64,000 nt of DNA, from the NCBI GenBank assembly GCA_951406725.2, contig OX597831.1, positions 1,116,001-1,180,000 of the forward strand, read 5' to 3'. The translations under genes and the position numbers were made by a program. Origin of the DNA: Octopus vulgaris. Taxonomy: Eukaryota. Positions 27,531-40,595 of the stretch are shown here, in pieces. Within the stretch, counting starts at the first letter, position 1, and the number at the start of each line of letters is the position of its first letter. The notes beneath the pieces were generated by a model, which searched no databases, was not told the origin of the DNA, and worked only from the letters and a program-made list of their open reading frames with translations.

Positions 27531-29477
27531 GAAAAAGAAGGAGAGAGAAAAAGAAGAAAGAAAAATAGAGTAAGAGGGAAAGAGAGGTGAGAGTAAAATT
27601 TCCTCAGTCACACACCATTCATTTCATAAAAGGAGAGAAATAAACAGAGAAAGAGAGAGAGAGAGAGAGTGTGTGTGTGTGTGTGTATGTGTATGTGTGT
27701 GTGTGTGTGGTTAATATTTTCTCAGAAAAGAATTCCTTTTATCAGGAATCAATATCAGCCATAAAAACCTTCTTCAGGCCAAACCATTCTCAGATAGGTT
27801 TACAGTGTTCGCTGTTACCTCTAACCCACCTCTTTTCTTTCTCTCTTTCACTTTCACTTTCTCTCTCTCTCTCTCTCTCTCTCTGTTTCTTTCTAAGAGC
27901 TGTTTTTGTTGAGGTTGTAACTCAACCACCAAAACAACAGAACCACCACCAACCATCACCACCACCACCACCACCGCCACCACCAACAACCACCACCATT
28001 ATCATCATCATTGATAACACTGGAAATAACACTAATAATAAAAGTAACGATAATAACTAAAGTAAGAAAAGTAAAAACCAATGTTAATCTGAATACTAAA
28101 GGCAAAACTAAAACGATTTATATATTATATCACATCAAATGTGTGTATGTGTGTATACATTATACCTACAGCTCTCTCTCTCTCTCTCTCTCTCTCCCTC
28201 TATATAAATGCACCCACGCACTTACATACATGTATTTATTATTTTACTGGTTCCAAACAATATACAGTGGTCATGATGGCACACCTTCTTCAAGGGTTTT
28301 CTTTGATTACAATGAGCCCAGTGGAGTTTCCATTTATTGAAAGTTCATTCACAAGGCCTAGTTGACCCAAAGCTATGGTAGAAAACACGTGTCCAAGGTA
28401 CAATGTGTTTGAACTTGGAACCATATGACTGATTGTGAAACCTAATTCTTAACAACCAAGTATGTGTGTGTGTGTGTATGCCCATACACACAGATAGACA
28501 CATGTGTGCGCACACATACACAAATACAAAACGGACATATATATGTGTGAATTTGTGTATGTGTGTATTTCTGTGTCTCTATGTTTGCATACAGAACAGA
28601 GAAAGCCACATGTGGTTGTTAGAATATCCAAGGTATCAGTGAATGAGCCACAAACATGGTCTGATTCGGTAACAGACTCAGTGATTTACTGAAGATGCAG
28701 GTGGATGTCAACCAGAAATCTGCATTTAAAAACTTTCCTCCTTACTATAGCCAGAGAGATTAAATATTAATGCCTGTCTCCAGGTAATTTTATATTCAAT
28801 GACTCTTTTTATTACAGGATCTTTTGAAGAGCTTCAGAAAATATTTGAAATGAGAAGAGTAAAAGCCTCAAGATAAATATAGAAAATGCTAAAACTGACT
28901 TACTAAAAGAAGAGTAAGAGAAACCAAGGGCAATAACCAAGGAAGTGACCTCACTCAGTATGCAGCTACATCAATTTACAGTTGATATTATTTTATATCA
29001 AGAAGGTGGCAAGCTGGCAGAAATGTTAGCATGCCAGGTGAAATGCTTAGTGGCATTTCGTCTGTCTTTATGTTCTGAGTTCAAATTCCACCGAGGTCGA
29101 CTTTGCCTCTCATCCTTTCGGGGTTGATAAATTAAGTACCAGTTGCATACTGGGTTCGATCTAATCGACTGGCCCCCTCCCGCAAAATTTCGGGTTTTTG
29201 TGCTTAGAGTAGAAAAGAATATTTTTTATCAAGTGAGGGTGACAAGCTGGCTAAATTGTTAGCATACCAAGCAAAATTTCATCAAGGTTGACTTTGCCTT
29301 TCATTCTTTCAGAGTCAATAAAATAAATACCAGTTGACTACTAGGGATCAATGTAATCAACTTATCCTTCCCTCAAAATTGCTGGTCTTGTGCCAAAATT
29401 TGAAACTAATATTTTATATGAAATGAAAGCAAAGGCAAAGTGATGGTACACTAGAATTTTGGATGCATTAAACAGAC

Positions 29478-29782
29478 AAGGTGTGTGGCCTAGTGGTTAA
29501 GGTGATGAGCTCACAATCATAAGGTTCTGGGTTTGATTCCTGGACTGGGTAGTGTGTGGTGTCCTTGAGCAAAGCATTGTTTCATGTTGGTCTGGTCTAC
29601 TCATCCTAAAATGGAGTTCTAGCTGACTGCTGGTGCAACTCCCCATTCCTTCTGAAAGTTCCCCTGGATCAAGAGTAGTAGGTCTTAGAGGGTGTCTATA
29701 TCTGCTCATGATTGCATAGGTACCTAAAACAATGAACGTGTGATACAAACTATCAGACCATATTCACTTGCAAATGATGGCT
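29478..29782 (+). mobile_element. Older SINE (head 2 + tail Z)
   Basis: TGGCCTAGTGGTTAAGG A-box, GGTTTGATTCC B-box, then GTCCTTGAGCAAAG. The tail matches 57264-57495. Confidence 0.75.
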
Positions 29783-30686
29783 AAGTTTAAGCTATGGAGT
29801 ATTCGACATAAAACAGAGTTTTGAAATAATACCTACATTGGTTCTTTTATTCTTTTACTAGTCTCAGCTTTTGCGTCATGGCCATGTGAAACACCATTTT
29901 CAAGGCTTTAAGTCAACATATTGATTCCAGTATATAGTCTGGTACTAGTTTTATCTGTTGCTATTCATCAAATGTTTAAGTGGATACATGTTACATCCCT
30001 TTAGATTGTTACCTCCCTTTTACAGACTTAAATGCCATAAAGTATTTGCATTACTATACCCAAACACAAGCAGACATAAACACACACACACACACACACA
30101 CACACAATGGGTTTCTGCACAGTATCTCTGATCAGATATTGATCAAGCGAGGTTATGTTGGAAATGTCTTGCCCAAAGTGTGGCTAGATCGAAGTTGGAA
30201 CCACGTGGGTGTGGTGCAAAGTTCTTAACTACAAAGCAATGCCTGTACCCATATACATATATTCGAAAATCTTTACATTGATTATTTTTCCATAAATGTG
30301 TTTTAGGGGTCCAAAAAACATTATCTTTCAGTTTTCATGTACATATTTTATGTACACATATATGTCTATATGTATGTAAGTATGCATACATACACATGCA
30401 TTTTACTTTCACTCACTCTCCCCTCATAGATACACACAAACACACACACATATACATATATATCTACATACACATATATACATACATACCTTCACACATA
30501 TACACATATAGTTAAATAAGATTCAGGTAAAAGCCTTGTAGAATGTTATGCAAAGCTCATCCACAGTTATTGGCTACCTGTCGTTCATTCCAATTTTCTA
30601 TATATCTCTCTTTCTCTCCCTCTCCCCCTATATACATATATATATAAATAAAAAGGGGTTTGTATGATTGTGTATAGAGGGATGTA

Positions 30687-31084
30687 TATTATTCAAAGGA
30701 ATTCCAACTCTGTTCTTTATGTTTTATTTATATTCTTTATAATGTTAATGTAGAATATAGAATATATAGTATAAATAGTATATATATAGTAAAAGTATTG
30801 ATTGTCTTATTGAATAGATGAAATACTGAATATCAAATATTAAGGGACTAGTATACTTTCTTGCATTTTAGCAGTCTTCGAGGTCCCAGGTTGTTACAGG
30901 AATGTTTCAAGAAAGTATACGAGTCCCTTAATATTTGATATTCAATTTTTCATCTATTCAATAAGACAATCAATACTTCATTTCATTTTACTATGTATAT
31001 ACTATATATTCTATATTCTACATTAACATTATAAAATATATAAATAAAACATAAAAAACAGAGTTGGAATTCCTTTGAATAATA
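30687..31084. repeat. Near-perfect ~400-bp palindrome with an HHR motif at the arm/loop junction
   Basis: Arms 30687-30863 and 30908-31084. Minus strand 30887-30844 reads GGGAC-CTCGAAGA-CTGC taaaat GCAA-GAAA-GTATAC-TA-GTCCC. Confidence 0.9.
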
Positions 31085-31094
31085 CATACATACA

Positions 31095-31128
<34 letters not shown>

Positions 31129-31330
31129 ATACCTACATACACACACACATACACACATACATACACACACATACATACACACACATACATACACACATAC
31201 ATACATACATACATACATACCTACATACATACATATATAATACCTACATACACACACACATACACACATACATACATACACACACACATACATACATACA
31301 TACACACACATACATACACACATACATACA

Positions 31331-31365
<35 letters not shown>

Positions 31366-31968
31366 TTATATATACATATATTTGAATGTATATAAAAGAT
31401 GACAGTATATACACTGTCATCCTCTAGTTTCCACGGTTTCACTTAACACAGTTTTTGCTTTTGATTGAATTTCTTTCTTATTATTTTATATTACGTAAAT
31501 AGAAACCCCAATTCAGTGTTTTCCGTTTTAGTTCAGGTTTTTTATTTTCCAGTGATTTTGTTTTCAGTTCACTTCTTCAAGAGCGAAGCAGACAGTGCTC
31601 TAAACTAACACTTAAGTTACAATTATGCTTTTATATTTTGTTAAATATTTTCAAGATTGAATAATAGCATTTCAGATGTCAAGAAAATTGATTTTTCTGG
31701 AAATGATAATTAATATATTAAATCAACTTTCAAAATGGAAAAGGGTTCAACAGAAACAAAACAATTTAGTATAAACAAAATAATCGTTAGAACAGATAAA
31801 AGGAAAATAAGAAAAAAAAAGGAAAAATCAGAGTCAGTATAATTGCTGGATCTTCAATAACTTTAAAACACTAATGTTTTACATGATTTTGATTTGCACA
31901 GTGACTCACAGAATCAATCTACCATGTAAATGAGGGACTACTGTGTGTATGTGTGTGTGTGTGTATGT

Positions 31969-32007
<39 letters not shown>

Positions 32008-32008
32008 T

Positions 32009-32089
<81 letters not shown>

Positions 32090-32665
32090 TTACCAACCTT
32101 TTGCATCATGATAAGGGAAGAAAACTAAAGTTAGAAATAAACAGTTCATAGTTATGGAGTTAAGGTAGTGGTGGTAGTAGTATCGGTAGTAGTATCAGCA
32201 GCGACACTGGTTGATAATGGTGAATGGTGAGGAGAGGAGAAGAGGAAGAAGTAGAAATAGTGGAATCAATAAAAAAGATAGATAAAAAAACGAAAGAGAA
32301 ACAGGAAGAGAAGAAGAGAGAGAGAGAGAGAGCGGGGAGAGATATCAAGAAAGACAGGGTATATCTAAAGAAGTGGGAGTCGATGTAAACATGCAAGAGA
32401 AAGAGTGAGAGTGATATGGAAATTTAAACAAGAAGTGGGAGGGAAAGAAGAAAGAATATGAGGATGTAGCAAAGTTTGTGACATCACTGCATCTTTGGTA
32501 ACTTTATTCTCTCCTTCCTTCCTTCCTTCCTTTCTTTCTGCATTTGTTTGAAATGATTTTGATGTGTATCTTAGTATATAAAATAATGGCATCTTTAGTT
32601 GACACTTTTATTTCACAAAAGAACAGAAAAAAAATGTTGTTGTTCTGCATCTATGTGTGCATGCA

Positions 32666-32699
<34 letters not shown>

Positions 32700-34278
32700 A
32701 GTATGCATGTGTACATGTAAATGTGTTACATCTTCGATTTTGTTCCACAGTTCAGATTGTTTACCTCCTGACATGAAGAGAAAACAAACAGATAACGACT
32801 CTCAAGGTAGAAAAGGTGACAAATGTATAACAAGCACTATAGCTTTCAGAGATGCTGTCTGCTAAGACTGCACATTCAACACTACCTGGGTGGACATTTA
32901 ACACCATCTTCAGAATCAAATATCCAAACAAAATACAATTTCATAAAGTTTATATTTCATTGTCTTCTATAAACTTCCAATCCTCTTACAGTTTTCATAA
33001 TAACTACGGAGTTTCCATGAACACTGCTAGAAGGTCTTTTATCTTTTACGGGTTTCAGTCTTTGGATTATGGTCATGCTGGGGCATTGACTTGAAGGGTG
33101 TAGTCAGACAAATCACACTCAGGACCTATATTTTGTTTAAAGTTTGGAACTTAATCTACTGGTCTCTTTTGCTGAATTTCTAAGTTAAGGGGACATAAAC
33201 AAACCAACACACACACACAATGCACATATATACATATATATATATCATCATCATCATCGTCATCATTTAAAGCGGACGTTAAATGATGGTGATGATGATG
33301 ATGATGATGATGATGATATATATATATATGTATATATATACAGGAGGTTTAAATTCGAATCTTTATGCGCGAGTGTGCATATGGTGGGCTTTTTCAGTTC
33401 CCGTCTACTAAATCCACTCACAAGGCTTTGGTTGGCCCGAGGCTATAGTAGAAGATACTTGCAAATGATGCAATGCAGATGGACTGAACCCACAACCATA
33501 TGGTTAGGAAGCAAACTTGTAACCACGCAGCCATTTGTGCATATCTTTTATCTTTTATTTCTTGCAGTAAGTGGACTATGACACTACCTCGAAGGGTTTA
33601 GTCAAACCAATCAGCCCCAGTACCAATTTTTTTAAAGTCTGGTGCTTATTTATTAGTCGCTTTTGTTAAACCATTTAGTTACAGGGATGTAAACAAACTG
33701 ACACTAGTTGGGTGAGGGAATAAATACAAACACAAATACACATATGTGCACACGCACACACACATATACAGGTACACTCACACATGATGGGCCTCTACAT
33801 AGTTTCTGTCTACCAAACTCACTTGCAAGGTGTTGGTTGGTTCAAAGCTAAAGTAAAGGACATGCCTGAATATACATACATATATACATATAGACATGTG
33901 TGTGTGTTTTCTGGTTATGATTCACTCCATGATTACTCTGAATTTCTTGTTCTTGTGCCTTCACTGATGGTTTTTAACTTATTGTGACCGGAATGAATGC
34001 ATAGAGTTGAGAAACACGCAGTAGTGATGAAACAAATCAATGGCTCCAATGAATAAATAAACTCTACTACATGTATTGAGTACATTTTTTTTCCTGTTTA
34101 CAAAAACGAAATGTATCACACACACTTGTCATCTCTTCTGTCTTGAGAGAAGTTATCTATTATTTTTAACTTTACATCAAGAAGTAAACAATTTTAACTA
34201 AAGAATGAAATCAAAGACATATTATATCTACATCATGCATACACATACTGAAATACATACATACACACACACACACAC

Positions 34279-34338
<60 letters not shown>

Positions 34339-34654
34339 GTGTGTGTCTGTGTGAGTCTATTTCAGAATTATCCATGTTTAGAAAGAGACTTGATTTGAGA
34401 CTATGTTGAAACTAAAACAATTACATTGTAGAAGAGTTGTTTCAGCCACATAAGAACACATAAAACTATTCATTTCCCCATTTAATACATCCTCTTTCAT
34501 AATAGACTGAACTATATTAAGAAATAAATGAAAAGTGAATATAACAGTTTTGTGTGTTTTTAAATGGCTAAAATGACTTTTATAATGTAAATTGTTTTAT
34601 AATTACATATTATATACATATATATTCATATATACATATACATACATATATATA

Positions 34655-34729
<75 letters not shown>

Positions 34730-35148
34730 GTATATCAACACACGCACATACACACATACATACTGTCACATAATCACATTGTCTATATATAGATATTCAC
34801 GGATGAACACAGATATATACAGACATAAATACACCAAATTATGTGCAGATAAATGTGTCTAGATGATGATGATGATGGTGATGATGGTGGTGGTGGTGGT
34901 GGTGCTGATGATGATGATGGTGGTGGTGGTGGTGGTGGTGGTGGTGATGGTGGTGGTTGGCTTACTGGTACTGATGAAGGTAGGAGGTGGGGTTCAAACT
35001 AGTGACTATTAGTAGGAGTAATAATGATGATTATGATGGTATAGATGACAATGCTGCTGCTGCTGCTGCTGCTGCTACTGCTACAGGTGATGATGGTAAT
35101 TATTACAGAGGTGGCAATGTTCCTGTGTAAAAAGGTATAGATAACAGC

Positions 35149-35187
<39 letters not shown>

Positions 35188-36434
35188 TTAATGACTGCGG
35201 TAGTGGTGGTAGTGGTGGAGGTAATTACAGTTATAGAGAAAATGTTGGTAATACTGCTAGTGTCGATAACGTTGTTGTTGTTGTTGTAGTTAGTTGTAGC
35301 AATACTGATGTCGATGGTGGTGGCTGCAGTGTTCAGTGGTGATGTGAAGAGGCAATAGTGATAAAAACAGTATCCAGACATAATTCAGTAATGGCAAGGA
35401 CAAAAAGCTACAATTTTTTTATTTTCTTTCTTTCACAGAGTTTTCAACTCGTTTTCTCTGACAAGTTGATGGACGTTATTCCATTTTGGTAAAATTAATG
35501 GATTGTGAAAGACAGACAGGTTGAGTCCATTCCCATGATGAAGGAGGAGTCAAGTTTATCATTTCCAGGCACATTCTTGTGTGCTATTTCACAGATTCTG
35601 TCAGGAACCACACAACTAACCAATAATCAACTAGCTAGCTACAACTCTTGAAAGATGGTACAAGTCTGAAGGCCCCTTTGAATCTCTACACTGAATAAGT
35701 GACATGATAGAAGCAAATGAGGGGAGTGGATGTTTGATTTATGCTCGACAAATAGAAAGTTCACCGATGAAGAATATAGCTTCTCAGTTCTGAACTAACA
35801 TTGATAAATTCAAAAAATAATGGCGTTTGGCAGAATGTTTCTAAATGCGTGAATTAATTAATCACATCCATTACTAATAATATTAATTAGTTGGAAGCTT
35901 CTAAAGGAATGGAACATGATGGCAACACTGATTGAAAATTCATCTATACACAATGGTGTCCTTACATGTTAACTCAGCATCAATCCAGTTCAACACCTAT
36001 CTACACACTGCTACTGTGTGTGTGTGTGTGTGTGCACACGTGCACGCATGTATGCACGTGTGTGTATGTAGTCACCATCGAAAATACTGCATCTATACAG
36101 TTGAGATACACTGTGTTTATATACCTACTCAACATCCACAATGAAAAAGATCTCAATGTGGTCACCTGGCCAGCTAAAAATAGCAGTCAAATCTCCTAAA
36201 ATCCCATACTACGGCCTGAAAAAAAAGAAGGAAAAAGAAATGCAGAACACATTGAACAATATATATGTTCCTTGCTAAATTATGTCTGCATAAAAGATAA
36301 AATGTTTGTGACTGGAATACCTTAATTTTGACAGGGTCACTGCATTTCTGACGATGAGAGTAACCAATAAGTTAACATCTATGCAATTTACTGCAGAACA
36401 AATATCAAAGAACTTTGTTTAAAGAGCACCAGTT

Positions 36435-36640
36435 CTTTTGGCAAGCTTCCCCTAATGAGCCTTCTTCATGTGTTCTTTCAGGGTACAGTCAGTTGCAACA
36501 TGATCACCTGCTTGGTAGATTCTGAAAATACAATTATGATTGGGTGGAGTTTTGTCAGTATGATGTGCTCTGGGAATGTTAGGTGTTTAACAAAATCCTC
36601 CCTCAGTAGTCAATCAGGAGCTGTGAGAAGAAGGCATGGC
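36435..36640 (-). pseudogene. Decayed restriction-like endonuclease fragment of a HERO/NeSL-type non-LTR retrotransposon
   Basis: APD*LLREDFVKHLTFPEHIILTKLHPIIIVFSESTKQVIMLQLTVP* then EHMKKAH*GKLAK, matching the (R)PD..S..K.V..ELTVPWE...AHE.K..KY pattern. Confidence 0.7.
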
Positions 36641-36846
36641 CAGGGTTTCTCTACAGCTTTTCTTCAAGTGATGGTTTCTTTCCTGGGTTTGTTTTAACTG
36701 ATGTATGTGTGTGTGCATGAATAAATCATATCTACATTGAATCATTCATCTTTTGTCCATTTTTCATTCTTGCATGAGTTAGATGAATGTATTACTGAAG
36801 CACTATTTTACAGTTGGACACTGTTCTTGTGGTATATATATGTATA

Positions 36847-36966
36847 TTATTTAAAAGCAGCAGAAATATAACAAAAGCTGTTACTCAGAGTTTCACGTTC
36901 CCGTTCGAATGAGAACGTAAAACTCTGAGTAACAGCTTTTGTTATATTTCTGCTGCTTTTAAATAA
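36847..36966. repeat. Loopless 120-bp palindrome carrying the 3' half of an HHR in each arm
   Basis: Centre at TTC|GAA (36906/36907), 3 mismatches. The minus arm reads CGA-ACG ggaa CGT-GAAA-CTC t GAG-TA-ACAG. Confidence 0.9.
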
Positions 36967-37052
36967 AGCATATAACTCTACTTCTGGTATTTGAGTACTC
37001 TTTTTTTCCACCTTGTTTCACATTTATGTGCTTACTCCAGTATATATATATC

Positions 37053-37607
37053 TGGCAAAGTTTCTACAGCTGGATGCCCTTCCTAATGCCAACCACTCTG
37101 AGAGTGTAGTGGGTGCTTTTTACGTGCCACTGTCATGAGGGTCAGTTAAGCAGTACTGGCATCTACCATGCTTGGATGGTGCTTTTTACATGCCACCGGC
37201 ATGGGAGCCACTCAGGCAGCACTGGTAATGACCATGCTCGAATGGTGCTTTTTACGTGCCACCAGCATGGGACCAGTCAGGCAGCAGTGGCATCCACCAC
37301 GCATGAATGATGCTTTTTACATGCCACCAGCATGTGAGCCAGTCAGGCAGTACTGGCATCGGCCACGACAATGACTTTACTTGACTCAAGGAGTCTTCTC
37401 AAGAACAGTTCATTGCCCAATGAATGAAGGGTACTCTTAAATGGGCCGGTTATGCTACACTGGCATAGGTCACGATTACAGCCACACTTGGCTTGCCAGG
37501 TTTTCTCAAGCACAGCATATCTCCAAAGGCCTCACCTCTGTGAGGCCCAGCGTTCAAAGGTCATGCTTCACCACCTCATCCCAGGTCTTCCTGGATCTAC
37601 CTCTTCA
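37053..37607 (-). mobile_element. RTE-clade LINE 3' end with a four-unit ~66-bp tandem array in its 3' UTR
   Basis: Minus strand encodes RGRSRKTWDEVVKHDL. Units starting (G/A)TGCTTTTTAC at 37113, 37179, 37245 and 37310. Confidence 0.8.
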
Positions 37608-38127
37608 CAGAAGAGATATATATGAATGGGTATGAATTATTTATAAATCAAATAATGTATATAAGTGGAAACAAATTGTTGGTTCCTTTATTTTTTTTTT
37701 ATAATTTATTGTTATAATATATTCATAGTATATTATGTTATATTATAATATAAATAAATTTGTAGATTGTCAATTGAATCTCTCTATTTAATTTATTGTT
37801 TGTAATTTGCATATATAAGGGTATATCCCTATTTATGTGGTATTCAACTGACGTACTAGTGAACTGGATGTTTTACACGCTCTTTTGAAGCAATTCCTTT
37901 CCTTAGATTGTTACTTTTATATATATATTATTGGTGTTAGGAAGGGCATCCAGCTGTAAAACCCATGCCAAAACAGATAGTGAAGCCTGGTGTAGTTTCC
38001 TGTTAAGCCATCCCCTGTTAAACCATTCAAACATCCGACTCATGCTAGCATAGAAAATGGATGTTAAATGATGCTAATGATGCTGCTGATATTATATATA
38101 ATATACATATATATATATATTATATAT

Positions 38128-38276
38128 GAGTGGTTGGCGTTAGGAAGGGCATCCAGCTGTAGAAACACTGCCAGACTAGACTGGAGCCTGGGGCAGTCCC
38201 GAGCTCCCCAGACCCCGGTCGAAACCGTCCAACCCGTGCTAGCACGGATAACGGACATTAACCGATGATGATGATA
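38128..38276 (+). mobile_element. RTE-related 3' tail element ending in (ATG)n (family C; representative copy)
   Basis: GGTTGGCGTTAGGAAGGGCATCCAGCTGTAGAAAC..GCTAGCACGGA..GGACATTAA..GATGATGAT. Homologs near 1080, 4240, 12755, 37935, 49690, 54240, 56200 and 61170. Confidence 0.8.
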
Positions 38277-38308
<32 letters not shown>

Positions 38309-38535
38309 TTTCATTGGTTCAGTCCTACTGCGTGATCCTATGGGCAAGTATCGCTTACTATATAGCCATAGGTCAACCAACATCATGTGAATGAATTTTA
38401 GTAGAAGCCTGTTGTATATCTGTCTGTCTGTCTGTCTGGGTATCCAGCTGTAAGAAAACTGTTAAAACTGTCTCGTTAAGTCTCATGTAACCTATGCCAG
38501 TATGGAAAAGGCAAACATTAAAAGGGAACAAAAGT

Positions 38536-38587
<52 letters not shown>

Positions 38588-38590
<3 letters not shown>

Positions 38591-39646
38591 ATTGTGTACA
38601 GTGCTCAGGTGCACTACAACTCATCTAAAGTGTATATATAATCAGGTGAAGTTTCGGCGGATTTCGGAAAGCATGAGGGCCTTAAAAGATGCAGTGTCAT
38701 GGCAGTCAACAACTGACGCAGGCAGTTTATTCCATGCTTCAGCAACTCTGAGCGTGAAAAAATGTTTCCGAAAGTCATGGGAGCTGTATTGTTTTCTGAC
38801 TTTGTAGGCATGTCCACGTGTGTTAGACACATGGAGATCAAAAAGGTGTTCAGTGTTGTTGTTGGTGAGGTGGTTGATAACTTTGTGGGTGTTTACCAAG
38901 TCCGTCGCCAAACGCCGGAGCTTCAGAGAATCCATGCCCAGGGAAACAAGGCGCTCAGAATATGGTAGGTGTCTGATGGAGGGTATGCGTTTGGTTGCAC
39001 GTCTCTGGACAGATTCCAGGAGGTCAATGTTCTGTGCAAGATAGGGGTTCCAAACTGATGATGCGAATTCCAAGTGTGGTCGTACCATAGCTGTATACAG
39101 TTTTAAATAGATGGCTGGAGAGCGGCTAACAAAAGACCTGCTGAGTGATGCCAAGACACCCTCGGCCTTCCTGACAATCTTAGAGATATGCTTTGACCAA
39201 CGCAAATCACTGCTGACAGTGATGCCTAGGTCACGCTCGCAAGAGGATTTCTTGATATCAGTGTTGTGGAGGGAGTATGTGAACGCAGGGTTTTTTCTCC
39301 CAAAATGCATGGTGGTACACTTGTCCACAGCCAGTTTCAGTTGCCAGTCTGTGATCCATTGCTGCATTGTGTCTAGGTCTGATTGCAGGAAAGAGTTGTA
39401 GACATCAGGATCTGTCCTCTTGATTTCAATGTACAGCTTGATGTCGTCTGCATATTTCAATACTGTGGCATTCTTTAAATTGGCATCTATGTCGTTAATG
39501 TATGCCACAAACAAGAGGGGGCCAAGGACAGATCCCTGTGGTACACCCGATGACATCTCATATGGTGTAGAGTGCTGTCCTAGAACTGTGACTACCTCCT
39601 TTCGGCTGAGGATGAAGGATTTCAACCAGTTAAAAAGGTCATCCCC

Positions 39647-39648
<2 letters not shown>
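38588..39648 (-). mobile_element. 5'-truncated CR1-clade LINE: C-terminal half of reverse transcriptase plus short 3' UTR
   Basis: Uninterrupted frame with GVPQGSVLGPLLF, KYADDIKLY, ERDLGITV, RPHLEFASSVWNP, VQRRATK and TRGHAYK..FFTLRV..WNKLP; stop at 38642. The ORF-track N-terminus (39650-39826) is microsatellite. Flanked by (TA)n on both sides. Confidence 0.95.
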
Positions 39649-39677
<29 letters not shown>

Positions 39678-39766
39678 CCCATGCTAGCATGGAAAACGGA
39701 CGCTAAATGATGATGATATATATATATACACACATTTATATGTGTGTATTTTTGTGCATACATAAT

Positions 39767-39811
<45 letters not shown>

Positions 39812-40179
39812 ACGTATATCAAACATTCAGAGAGTTTTCACTGTATAAATTGCTTTGATTAGAGATTCATTATTATTATATTATTATATCCTTCAACAAA
39901 TAACATTAACAAAATACAAAATTACACCTCTGCCGGTGGCACCACTCTCACCACCACCAACGCCGCCACCACCACAACCATAGTTAAAGTCCCGGCCACT
40001 GCCACAATAACAGAGAAGAAACAAAACAGTATATAATCAAAGAGGAAAAACAATTCTATTATGGTAAGTATATATATACTTTGGTTGGTAGGGTTAGGAT
40101 GGGGACTAAACAAGTCATACTAATGGAGGTGTTTTTCATAGAGACAAATAAAGAGATGATGCATACCAAACACAATAAT

Positions 40180-40544
40180 AAGGATGGTGGTGATGGTTGA
40201 CGTTGTTATGATGATGATAATGCTAATGATGATGATGGTATAATTGTGTTGGTTGTGGTGGTGAAGATGATAATGATGGTAGTCGTGATGATAGTGGTGA
40301 TGATGGTAATGGTAGTGATGATGGTGGTGGTGACAATGATAACGAGGGTGTTGATGATCATAGTAGTGATGGTGATGATGATGGTGGCAATGCAATTTGA
40401 TGACAATGATGACGAGGATGGCTGTTGATAGTGATGGTTATGTTGATGATGATGGTAGTGGTAGTGATGACACTGGTGATGGTGGACTTTGATGGTGCTG
40501 CTGCTGCTGATGTTAATGATGATAATGGTCACTGTGGTGATGAA

Positions 40545-40576
<32 letters not shown>

Positions 40577-40595
40577 TGATAATGATGAAGATATT
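40180..40595 (+). repeat. Degenerate (ATG/GTG)n trinucleotide tract
   Basis: Direct read; source of the poly-H/I/V ORFs. Confidence 0.9.

Noticed and set aside
36847-36966. Possible pre-miRNA hairpin
   Set aside because: Loopless, near-perfect, no recognisable mature miRNA; better explained as an inverted repeat-element end.
37111-37372. Regularly spaced repeats resembling a CRISPR array
   Set aside because: The whole 66-bp unit is homologous (no unique spacers), the context is eukaryotic LINE 3' UTR, and there are no cas genes.
39650-39826. N-terminal extension of the 394-aa ORF
   Set aside because: In-frame microsatellite and a short repeat tail upstream of the LINE truncation point; not a real start.
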